In this document: positions 39,926 through 48,505 of the stretch, piece after piece
Numbering within the stretch: position 1 is the first letter of the stretch
Layout of the letters: every line of letters starts with the position of its first letter
DNA from: an uncultured Bacilli bacterium
GTDB lineage: Bacteria; Bacillota_I; Bacilli_A; RF39; UBA660
Length of the DNA stretch: 49,904 bases
Direction: 5' to 3'
NCBI GenBank assembly: GCA_947627915.1
Contig: CANQXT010000003.1
Span: 1-49,904, forward strand
Notes under the pieces: generated by a model
Seen by the model: only the letters and a program-made list of their open reading frames with translations
Databases searched by the model: none
Told to the model about the DNA's origin: nothing
Position numbers and translations under genes: made by a program

Positions 39926-42742
39926 ATGGATAAAATAGTAATTAGAGGAGCAAGAGAAAATAATTTAAAAAATATTGACTTAGAACTTCCTAAAAATAAA
40001 TTAATCGTTATGACAGGAGTATCAGGTTCTGGAAAAAGTAGTTTAGCTTTCGATACTATTTATGCTGAAGGAGAAAGAAGATATGTGGAAAGTTTATCAG
40101 CATATGCTAGACAATTTATTGGTTCAGGAGATAAACCTGATGTTGATTCTATTGAGGGACTTTCACCAAGTATTTCGATAGATCAAAAGACAACAAATAA
40201 AAATCCAAGATCTACTGTGGGTACAATTACGGAATTATATGATTATTTAAGATTATTATTTGCAAGAATTGGTGTACCATATTGTCCTACCCATAAAATA
40301 CCTATTAAAAGTCAAAGTATTGAAGAAATGACTAATAAAATTTTAGCTATGGAAGAAGGTACTAAAATTGAGATTTTTGCTCCAGTAGTAAGAGGAGAAA
40401 AAGGTACTCATAAAGATTTAATATTAGATTTACAAAGTAAAGGCTATACAAAAATAAAAGTTAATGGGGTTATGTATAACGCTTCAGATGAAATAACTTT
40501 AGAGAAAAATGTTAAAGATGATATTTATGTTTTAGTTGATAAACTTCCTATAAGTGTTGACGAAAGAAGCAGAATATTTGAAGCTTTAGAAGTTAGTTGT
40601 AACTTAGCTAATGGATTAGTTATTATAAGAGTTAATGATGAAGAAGATATTTTAATGAGTGAAAATTATGCTTGTCCTTATTGTAATTTTTCAATTAGTG
40701 ATTTAGAGCCAAGAATGTTTTCGTTTAATTCCCCATATGGAGCATGTGATGATTGTAAGGGACTTGGTACTAAACTTAAAATAAGTGAAGAATTATTAAT
40801 ACCTGATAAAAATAAAAGTATTAATAAAGGAGCAATTATTGCTATTAACTTAGATAATAATATGTATATGAGTAGTTTAAATACAGTTGCTGAACATTAT
40901 CATATTGATTTAGATATACCAGTTAAGGATATGCCAAGAAAAGATTTAGATATTATTTTATATGGTACTAATGATATTATGGATTTTCATTATGTAGCTA
41001 AAAATGGTAGTACTAGAGATACAAAATCTAAATATGAAGGAATAATTAATAATTTAGAAAGAAGGTATTTAGAAACTAATAGTTCTTGGATAAGAGAGTG
41101 GATTGAAGGATTTATGGTAGAATCAACTTGTAATACTTGTCATGGTACTAGATTAAAAGATGAAATTTTAGCTGTTAAAATAAATAAGAAAAATATATAT
41201 GAAATGACAGAAATGGCCATTGATGAATTAAGAGATTTTTTAAAAAATTTAAAATTAACTCATGAAGAAGAAGAAATAAGTAGTTTATTATTAAAAGAAA
41301 TAATCGTTAGATTAGATTTTCTAATTAATGTTGGTTTAAATTATTTAACTTTATCTCGAAGCGCCGCTACTTTATCTGGTGGAGAAGCTCAAAGAATAAG
41401 ACTTGCTACGCAAATAGGTAGTAAATTATCTGGTGTCTTATATGTTTTAGATGAACCATCCATTGGACTTCATCAAAGAGATAATGAAAAATTAATTAAT
41501 TCTTTAAAAGAAATGCGTGATTTAGGAAATACTTTAATAGTTGTGGAACATGATACAGATACAATGCTTGCTGCAGATTATTTAGTAGATATTGGTCCAG
41601 GTGCTGGAGATAAAGGTGGATATGTTGTTGCCTCAGGTACTCCAGAAGAAGTAATGCAAAATGATAATAGTATTACAGGCAGATATTTGTCCGGTAAAGA
41701 AAAAATTGAAATTCCTAAAAAACATCGTAAAGGAAATGGTTTATATTTAGAAGTAAAGGGAGCAAAAGAAAATAATTTAAAAAATATTAATGTTAAATTT
41801 CCATTAAATAAATTTATTTGTGTAACTGGTGTTTCTGGATCAGGTAAAAGTACTTTAATTAATGAAATATTATATAAAACTTTACATAAAGAAATATATA
41901 AATCAAAAGATATACCTGGTAAATGTAAAGAAATTAAAGGTATTGAAAATATAGATAAAGTAGTTAATATTAGTCAAGACGCTATCGGTAGAACACCAAG
42001 AAGTAACCCTGCTACTTATGTTGGGGTATTTGATGATATTAGAGATGTTTTTGCTAATATGAAAGAAGCCAAAGTTCGTGGGTATGATAAGAGTAGATTT
42101 TCATTTAATGTTAAAGGTGGAAGATGTGAAGCTTGCTGGGGTGATGGTGTTAAAAAAATTGAAATGCATTTCTTACCTGATGTATATGTACCTTGTGATG
42201 TATGTAATGGTAAACGTTATAATAAAGAAACATTAGATGTTAAATTTAAAGGTAAAAGCATTGCTGATGTTTTAGATATGCGAGTTAGTGAAGCATTACC
42301 ATTCTTTGAAAATATTCCTAAAGTAAGAGATAAATTACAAGTTATGCATGATGTTGGACTTGATTATATAACATTAGGTCAAGGTGCTCCAACACTATCT
42401 GGTGGAGAAGCTGGTAGAGTAAAACTTGCTAAAGAATTACAAAAGAAAGCAACAGGAAAATCAGTATTTATTCTTGATGAACCAACAACCGGTCTTCATT
42501 CAGCTGATATTAAAAAACTATTAGAAGTTTTAAATAGAATAGTAGATAATGGAGATACAGTTATAGTTATTGAACATAATTTAGATGTTATTAAACAAGC
42601 AGATTATATTATTGACTTAGGTCCTGAAGGTGGTAAATTTGGTGGTGAAGTAATTACAACAGGTACTCCAGAAGAAGTAAGTAAAGTTCCTGAATCTTAT
42701 ACGGGTATGTTTTTAAAGAAAATATTAGAAAAAGATAAATAA
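39926..42742 (+). CDS. uvrA: Excinuclease ABC subunit A
   Basis: MDKIVIRGARENNLKNI, two GVSGSGKS Walker A motifs, LSGGEAQRIRLATQIG and zinc fingers. Start set to the ATG at 39926. Confidence 0.99.
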   Translation: MDKIVIRGARENNLKNIDLELPKNKLIVMTGVSGSGKSSLAFDTIYAEGERRYVESLSAYARQFIGSGDKPDVDSIEGLSPSISIDQKTTNKNPRSTVGTITELYDYLRLLFARIGVPYCPTHKIPIKSQSIEEMTNKILAMEEGTKIEIFAPVVRGEKGTHKDLILDLQSKGYTKIKVNGVMYNASDEITLEKNVKDDIYVLVDKLPISVDERSRIFEALEVSCNLANGLVIIRVNDEEDILMSENYACPYCNFSISDLEPRMFSFNSPYGACDDCKGLGTKLKISEELLIPDKNKSINKGAIIAINLDNNMYMSSLNTVAEHYHIDLDIPVKDMPRKDLDIILYGTNDIMDFHYVAKNGSTRDTKSKYEGIINNLERRYLETNSSWIREWIEGFMVESTCNTCHGTRLKDEILAVKINKKNIYEMTEMAIDELRDFLKNLKLTHEEEEISSLLLKEIIVRLDFLINVGLNYLTLSRSAATLSGGEAQRIRLATQIGSKLSGVLYVLDEPSIGLHQRDNEKLINSLKEMRDLGNTLIVVEHDTDTMLAADYLVDIGPGAGDKGGYVVASGTPEEVMQNDNSITGRYLSGKEKIEIPKKHRKGNGLYLEVKGAKENNLKNINVKFPLNKFICVTGVSGSGKSTLINEILYKTLHKEIYKSKDIPGKCKEIKGIENIDKVVNISQDAIGRTPRSNPATYVGVFDDIRDVFANMKEAKVRGYDKSRFSFNVKGGRCEACWGDGVKKIEMHFLPDVYVPCDVCNGKRYNKETLDVKFKGKSIADVLDMRVSEALPFFENIPKVRDKLQVMHDVGLDYITLGQGAPTLSGGEAGRVKLAKELQKKATGKSVFILDEPTTGLHSADIKKLLEVLNRIVDNGDTVIVIEHNLDVIKQADYIIDLGPEGGKFGGEVITTGTPEEVSKVPESYTGMFLKKILEKDK

Positions 42743-42770
42743 AGTGTATTAAATTGCACTTTATTTTTTT
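42738..42770 (+). terminator. Terminator after uvrA
   Basis: AATAAAGTGT ... GCACTTTATT followed by a T run. Confidence 0.75.
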
Positions 42771-42822
42771 GCATTTTTCAAAAAGTGGGTGCAAAAAGGT
42801 GTAATTAATACTATAATCTAAT

Positions 42823-42977
42823 TAATAAGGAAGAGAAAATTCAAAGTTGGATTTGACTTGAAATTTTTTGAGTTTAGTATTATCATAATTATTGCCCTGA
42901 CTTGGGGCGTTTAGTATTATCGAAAGGAGAAGTTACCGCTTCTCCTTTCACATGCCCTCAAGTTCCTTTCTTTTTTT
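42823..42977 (+). ncRNA. Candidate structured non-coding RNA
   Basis: GC-enriched intergenic block with a perfect 11-bp stem GAAAGGAGAAG/CTTCTCCTTTC, an outer stem GACTTGGGGCGT/ATGCCCTCAAGTT, a duplicated GTTTAGTATTATC and a terminal T run. Promoter-like elements lie upstream. Confidence 0.45.
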
Positions 42978-43096
42978 GCAAATTATTTTATACTTTTTAA
43001 ATTTTGAAGTCAAATTATTTTTCAAATTTTTCTTTTTTTTAAGTTAATTTATTTTACAAGTTTATAAACTATTACCAACATTTTAATTATCAAAAC

Positions 43097-43123
43097 TTGA
43101 CACCGGGGGGGGTATTATATAAT
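43097..43123 (+). promoter_or_regulatory. Consensus sigma-A promoter with a poly-G (G8) tract in a 15-bp spacer; candidate phase-variable promoter
   Basis: TTGACA (43097-43102), CC, G8 (43105-43112), TATTA, TATAAT (43118-43123). Confidence 0.8.
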
Positions 43124-43187
43124 TATCTTATAAAATAGAGAGAAACAAAATAGATAAAAGATATCAACATAAAAGAAAGGGTTAAGA

Positions 43188-43631
43188 ATGAAAAAGATAA
43201 TTATAGGAGTGCTAGTAATAATAGAAATATTTTCTTTGTATATGATGTATCAAATAAATAATAGTAAAAGTTTAAATGAAGTAAGTATAAAAAATAATAA
43301 AATAAATAAAGATGTCTTTGCCGTATATTGGGATGAAAATGGAGATGGAACGTATACAGAATATACACAAACAACATGGCCTAGTTCTGGTTATACATTA
43401 AATTTAATAAAAACAGAATGTATGAATGAAAAAGGAGATAAACTAGAAAATCCAGAAATAACTTTCAATCATGGAACAATAACATTAAGTAATACTGAAA
43501 CAACATATTGTATATTGTATTTTGAAAAATTAAAAGCAAGTATATTACTATACGATAATCAAATAAAAAATAGAACAAGTTGTACAGATATTCAATGTGC
43601 AATAGATGAACTATATAAAGCAAGTTATTAA
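43188..43631 (+). CDS. Small membrane-anchored surface protein, first gene of the CLec operon
   Basis: N-terminal hydrophobic segment; FAVY...C...YCILYFEK domain similar to the N-terminal domain of 1193-3763; C-terminal IQCAIDELY motif. Confidence 0.8.
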   Translation: MKKIIIGVLVIIEIFSLYMMYQINNSKSLNEVSIKNNKINKDVFAVYWDENGDGTYTEYTQTTWPSSGYTLNLIKTECMNEKGDKLENPEITFNHGTITLSNTETTYCILYFEKLKASILLYDNQIKNRTSCTDIQCAIDELYKASY

Positions 43632-43644
43632 AAGGAAGATAGAT

Positions 43645-45114
43645 ATGAAGAAGATAATAAAAGATAACTATCCAATATTGATTGGAATATTAATAGGAAT
43701 AATATCAATAAGTGGAGTATATGCAGCAAGTACAATGATAGAAAGTGATGAAGTAACATATGATAATACAACAAGTCATGGAGATTATACAAATGTACAA
43801 GAATCAATAGATGAATTATATGAGATAAATAAAATACATAAAGATGAATGGCAAGATCCAACATTACAAGCAAGTGGTAATTACCCATTATTAACCGGAG
43901 ATTTAATCCCAGTTGAAATAAAACCAAATGGAGATGTATATTATGCCAATAAACATAGTGAATGGTATAACTATAGTGAAAAGAGATGGGCTAATGCCGT
44001 AATATTAAAAGCAGAGAAAAAAGAAACATATTCAGAAGGGCAAAAGATAAAAGAAGAAGATATAAATGGATATTTTGTCTGGATACCAAGATATAAATAT
44101 CAAGTATGGCATTATAATAGTGATAGTGATGCAATAGATGGAAATACATTAAAAAATGAAAATTATAGTAATTCAACAACGCAAGCATTAGGTAAAGCAA
44201 GATTAATAAATATCGAGTTTGAAAGTAAAAGTACTTCAAAAAGTGAAGCAACTGATAATACCAAAAATGGAGACTGGTTAACCCATCCAGCATTTACATT
44301 AGGAAGTAAAGAATTAAGTGGCATATGGGTAGGAAAGTTTGAAACAGGAAAAGAATCAGATAATGTAATAGTAAAGCCTAATGTAACATCATTTACGAAT
44401 AAAACAGTAAAAGAATTCTTTGAAGCTGGAAAAAAATATAATCAAACATTAGATAGTCATATGATGAAGAATACAGAATGGGGAGCAGTAGCATACTTAT
44501 CACATTCTGAATATGGAATAGGAACAGAAGTAAGAATAAATAATTATGAAGGATATAAAACTGGATATAGTGCAGCAGCAAATACTGATCAAAGTAGTTA
44601 TAATTATAATAGTAATAAAGGAGAATATGGAACTATAGATGATATAACCCAACAATATAATACTCCAACAGGATACTTAGCAAGTACAACTGGAAATATA
44701 ACAGGTGTATATGATATGTCCGGAGGAGCATGGGAATATATGGCAGCTTGTATGGAAAATACACCAAAAGATAGTGGTTTTTCTACAGAAGACTTAGAAA
44801 AAGAAATGAATGCTGGTTATATAGATAAATATCCAAGTGATACTAACTCATATAGTAACAGAATCTTAGGAGATGCAACAGGAGAGATGGGACCATTCTA
44901 TAATTATTATGATAAAGATAATGGTAAACGTTATCATAATGTTTGGTACGCTGACTATTCGGGCTTCGTTGCCTCTTCTTACCCGTGGTTCGGTCGAGGA
45001 GGCGGTTACGACAATGGCGTCTTGGCCGGCCAGTTCGACTTCGGTGGGTACAACGGTGGTGCGAATGGCCGCATTGGGTTTCGCCTCGTCCTTTCACCTG
45101 AAAATAATTCATAA
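43645..45114 (+). CDS. Surface CLec/FGE-sulfatase-fold protein, putative DGR target
   Basis: Start moved to the ATG at 43645, after AAGGAAG. Signal/TM ending GVYA, then VWIPRY, HPAF, WVGKFE, EWGAVAYL, GVYDMSGGAWEY and PWFGRGG...GFRLVL. Confidence 0.88.
   Translation: MKKIIKDNYPILIGILIGIISISGVYAASTMIESDEVTYDNTTSHGDYTNVQESIDELYEINKIHKDEWQDPTLQASGNYPLLTGDLIPVEIKPNGDVYYANKHSEWYNYSEKRWANAVILKAEKKETYSEGQKIKEEDINGYFVWIPRYKYQVWHYNSDSDAIDGNTLKNENYSNSTTQALGKARLINIEFESKSTSKSEATDNTKNGDWLTHPAFTLGSKELSGIWVGKFETGKESDNVIVKPNVTSFTNKTVKEFFEAGKKYNQTLDSHMMKNTEWGAVAYLSHSEYGIGTEVRINNYEGYKTGYSAAANTDQSSYNYNSNKGEYGTIDDITQQYNTPTGYLASTTGNITGVYDMSGGAWEYMAACMENTPKDSGFSTEDLEKEMNAGYIDKYPSDTNSYSNRILGDATGEMGPFYNYYDKDNGKRYHNVWYADYSGFVASSYPWFGRGGGYDNGVLAGQFDFGGYNGGANGRIGFRLVLSPENNS
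44941..45100 (+). other. Putative DGR variable region (VR), with the IMH expected at its 3' end
   Basis: Hand count: 94/160 G+C and 19/160 A, inside an otherwise strongly A-rich gene. Variable codons mostly end in C/T, as expected for codons derived from AAY. Confidence 0.8.
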
Positions 45115-45149
45115 GTTACTTAAATACTAATAGAAAGAAGAATATATAA

Positions 45150-46607
45150 ATGAAGGAAAAAACAAAGAATAAAATAAAACTATTAATAGGAATAATAATA
45201 GGATTAATATTATCAGTAAGTGGAGTATATGCCACAAGTTCAATGATAGAAAGTGAAGAAGTAACTTATGATAATAAAAACAGTGATGGAAAATATAATA
45301 ATGTCCAATCATCAATAGATGAATTATATGAAAGAAGTGGAATACATAAGGAAGAATGGACTGATAAAGAATTAAACGGAAATGATCCAGTAATAACAGG
45401 AGATTTAATCCCAGTTGAAATAAAACCAAATGGAGATGTGTATTATGCAAATAAACATAGTGAATGGTATAACTATAGTGAAAAAAGATGGGCTAATGCT
45501 GTAATATTAAATGAAGGAAAAAAAGAGACATATTCTGTAGGACAAAAAATAAATGAAAATGATATAAATGGATATTTTGTCTGGATACCAAGATATAAAT
45601 ATCAAATATGGCACGCAACAAGCGAAGATGGAACACCAGATGGAAATACATTAATAAATACAAATTATGGTAATTCAACAACACAAGCATTAGGTCAAGC
45701 CAGATTAATAAATATTGAGTTTGAAAGTAAGGATACACCAAAAAGTGAAGCAAAAGCTGAAACTAAAGATGGAGATTGGATAACCCATCCAGCATTTACG
45801 TTAGGAACAAAAGAATTAAGTGGAATATGGGTAGGAAAGTTTGAAACAGGTGGAGATGCAACTAATGTAATAGTAAAACCAAATGAAATATCATGGCGAG
45901 GTGCAAATGTAAAAGCATTCTTTGATGCTGGAAAAAAATATAATCAAACATTAGATAGTCATATGATGAAGAATACGGAATGGGGAGCAGTAGCATACTT
46001 ATCCCATTCTGAATATGGAATAGGAACAGAAGTAAGAATAAATAATAATGAAGAATTTAAAACCGGATATAGTGCCGCAGCTAATACAGATCAAAGTAGT
46101 TATAAAGGAGATACAGGTAAGAGTGATGAAAAAGATAAAACACAACCATATAATACGCCAACCGGATACTTAGCAAGTACAACTGGAAATATATCAGGGG
46201 TGTTTGATATGTCCGGTGGCGCGTATGAATATATGGCAGCTTGTATAGAAAATACTCCAGGAGATAGTAGTTTTTCTACAGAAGACTTAGCAAAAGAAAT
46301 GGATAAAGGCTATATAGATAAATATCCAAGTGATAGTGATACAACAACATATAGTAAAAGAATATTAGGAGATGCCACTGGAGAAATGGGCCCATTCTAT
46401 AGTTATTATGAAAAAGATGGTTCGTTGCATAATCATAGTGCATGGTACGCTGATGATGCATATTTTGCTAACTCTTCTTTTCCATGGTTTTATCGAGGAG
46501 GCTTTAATGGTAATGGAATCTTGGCAAGTCAATTTACTTTTCATAGATACAATGGTATTGCTTACAATTCGCTTACTTTTCGTCTTGTTCTTTCTCCAAC
46601 TAATTAA
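45150..46607 (+). CDS. Second CLec/FGE-fold surface protein (tandem paralogue) with a degenerate VR-like end
   Basis: Long near-identical blocks shared with 43645-45114; GVFDMSGGAYEY and PWFYRGG...TFRLVLSP. Confidence 0.88.
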   Translation: MKEKTKNKIKLLIGIIIGLILSVSGVYATSSMIESEEVTYDNKNSDGKYNNVQSSIDELYERSGIHKEEWTDKELNGNDPVITGDLIPVEIKPNGDVYYANKHSEWYNYSEKRWANAVILNEGKKETYSVGQKINENDINGYFVWIPRYKYQIWHATSEDGTPDGNTLINTNYGNSTTQALGQARLINIEFESKDTPKSEAKAETKDGDWITHPAFTLGTKELSGIWVGKFETGGDATNVIVKPNEISWRGANVKAFFDAGKKYNQTLDSHMMKNTEWGAVAYLSHSEYGIGTEVRINNNEEFKTGYSAAANTDQSSYKGDTGKSDEKDKTQPYNTPTGYLASTTGNISGVFDMSGGAYEYMAACIENTPGDSSFSTEDLAKEMDKGYIDKYPSDSDTTTYSKRILGDATGEMGPFYSYYEKDGSLHNHSAWYADDAYFANSSFPWFYRGGFNGNGILASQFTFHRYNGIAYNSLTFRLVLSPTN

Positions 46608-46646
46608 CTCGTCAACGAAGACGTTAAAATAGTAAAACTTAACCCT

Positions 46647-46674
46647 GAAAGAGAATGACTCTCTTTCTTTTTTT
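46647..46674 (+). terminator. Terminator of the CLec operon
   Basis: GAAAGAGA-atgac-TCTCTTTC followed by T7. Confidence 0.8.
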
Positions 46675-46744
46675 AAAATTAAAATTAGTATTTACGTTAA
46701 AACTATTTTGTTTTATAATTATTTATAGTATAGGAGAATTGATT

Positions 46745-47557
46745 ATGAGTAATATTGCATTTACAATAATGGGTTATGACATAAGATGGTATTCTTTATG
46801 CATATTAGGTGGTATAATAGTAGCGTTATTTTTCTTTATGAGAGAAGGAAGAAGATTTAATTATCCCAAAGAATTTTTATTTAATTTAGCATTCTGGGTT
46901 ATTATTTTTGGTATTATTGGTGCTAGATTATATTATTGTGCTTTTGAATTTGATACATATAAAGATAATTTACTAGATATATTTAAGATATGGGAAGGTG
47001 GTCTTGCGATTCATGGAGGTATAATAGCAGGTTTTATAACAATGGTTGTTTATACCAAAAGATATCAAGTTAGTACTGTTAAAATGATGGATATTACAGC
47101 AGTTCCTTTATTAATAGCTCAAGCAATAGGAAGATGGGGTAATTTCTTTAATAAAGAAGCTTTTGGATCTGCTACTACATATTTACATTTAAAAGAATTA
47201 CACATTCCTGAAAAGATAATTGATGGAATGAAAATAGGTAATGTTTATTATCATCCAACATTCTTTTATGAATCTTTGTATTGTTTAATTGGTTTTATAA
47301 TATTATTAATATTAAGAAGATTTAGATATATTAAGACTGGTCAAATAACATCATTGTATTTAATGTATTATTCTGTAGGTAGATTTTTTATAGAAAAATT
47401 AAGAACAGATTCTTTAATGCTAGGTGGTTTTAAAACAGCACAAATAATATCTATTGTATTATTTGTTATAGGACTCCTTGGATTTATGATAACTAGTAGA
47501 AAAGGTCGTTTTGAAGATTTATATAATGAAGAACAAAATGGTCCAATAAGATTTTAA
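46745..47557 (+). CDS. lgt: Prolipoprotein diacylglyceryl transferase
   Basis: IRWY, GARLYY, IWEGGLAIHGG, QAIGRWGNFFNKEAFG, HPTFFYES and RFFIEKLRTD. ATG at 46745 follows AGGAG. Confidence 0.97.
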   Translation: MSNIAFTIMGYDIRWYSLCILGGIIVALFFFMREGRRFNYPKEFLFNLAFWVIIFGIIGARLYYCAFEFDTYKDNLLDIFKIWEGGLAIHGGIIAGFITMVVYTKRYQVSTVKMMDITAVPLLIAQAIGRWGNFFNKEAFGSATTYLHLKELHIPEKIIDGMKIGNVYYHPTFFYESLYCLIGFIILLILRRFRYIKTGQITSLYLMYYSVGRFFIEKLRTDSLMLGGFKTAQIISIVLFVIGLLGFMITSRKGRFEDLYNEEQNGPIRF

Positions 47558-47571
47558 AGGGAGAATAAAAT

Positions 47572-48465
47572 ATGTATGATTTAATAGTTATAGGTATGGG
47601 TATTGGTGGAATAACAGCAGGTATATATGCAAAAAGAGGAAACTTAAATGTTTTACTTTTAGATAAAGGAACACCAGGGGGAATGTTAAATAATATTGAT
47701 AAAATAAGTAATTATCCAGGACTTATTAATATTAAAGGTAGTGATTTTGCTAGTAAATTATTTGACCAAGTAAAAGATTTAAATATTCCATATAAATTTG
47801 AAGAAGTTACAGAACTAAAAGTAGAAGAAGATGATGTTAAAGTTGTTGTTACTACTAGAGGTGAGTATAGAGCTAATAGTGTTATTATAGCTACAGGAAC
47901 TAAACCAAAATATTTAGGATTAGATAATGAGAAAGATTTATTAGGTCGTGGTCTTAGTACTTGTGCAACATGTGATGGAGCTTTTTATAAAGATAAAGTA
48001 GTGGCAGTAGTTGGAAGTGGTAATAGTGCTTTACAAGAGTCATTGTATTTAGCTAATATATGTCAAAAAATATATTTATTAAATCGAAAAGCTGGTTTTA
48101 AAGGTGATGAAATTTTAATTGATAAAGTAAATAATTGTCCTAATATTGAAATCATTTATAATGTAAATATTAAAGAATATAATGAAATAGATAATAAATT
48201 ACAAAGTATTCTATTAGATAATGGAACTACTTTAAATGTTGAAGGTGTATTTATATATATTGGATATAAACCAAATACAGATATATTTAAAAATTTAGAT
48301 ATAACTAATATGAATGGTCATATAATTGTTGATGAAAATTTTGAAACGAAAATAGAAGGAGTATATGCGATTGGAGATGCTATAAACAAAGATATATATC
48401 AATTAGCTACTGCTTCTAGTGATGCAATTCATGCTGTTAGTAATATTTCTAAAATAAATAATTAA
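47572..48465 (+). CDS. trxB: Thioredoxin reductase
   Basis: IGMGIGG, NYPG, IIATG, GLSTCATCDG, VVGSGNSA and YAIGD. Confidence 0.9.
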   Translation: MYDLIVIGMGIGGITAGIYAKRGNLNVLLLDKGTPGGMLNNIDKISNYPGLINIKGSDFASKLFDQVKDLNIPYKFEEVTELKVEEDDVKVVVTTRGEYRANSVIIATGTKPKYLGLDNEKDLLGRGLSTCATCDGAFYKDKVVAVVGSGNSALQESLYLANICQKIYLLNRKAGFKGDEILIDKVNNCPNIEIIYNVNIKEYNEIDNKLQSILLDNGTTLNVEGVFIYIGYKPNTDIFKNLDITNMNGHIIVDENFETKIEGVYAIGDAINKDIYQLATASSDAIHAVSNISKINN

Positions 48466-48466
48466 T

Positions 48467-48503
48467 AATAAAATCTCCTAGTAAAAAATTAGGAGATTTT
48501 ATT
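48467..48503. terminator. Bidirectional terminator
   Basis: AATAAAATCTCCTA / TAGGAGATTTTATT 14-bp inverted repeat between convergent genes. Confidence 0.8.
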
Positions 48504-48505
48504 TG

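Noticed and set aside
42881-42900. TCATAATTATTGCCCTG resembling an ISAs1 terminal repeat
   Set aside because: Only partial similarity to 1101-1116, with no partner IR or transposase remnant nearby.
45111-45125. TAAGT-t-ACTTA after VR1 (and AACG-aaga-CGTT after gene 2) as the DGR target hairpin
   Set aside because: The stems are only 4-5 bp and could arise by chance, so they were not used as evidence.
44843-45130. Overlapping 89-aa (-) and 85-aa (+) ORFs across the VR
   Set aside because: By-products of local GC richness removing stop codons.
46440-46607. 3' end of the second CLec gene considered as the DGR template repeat for VR1
   Set aside because: It is coding, not AAY-rich, and differs from VR1 at many non-adenine positions.
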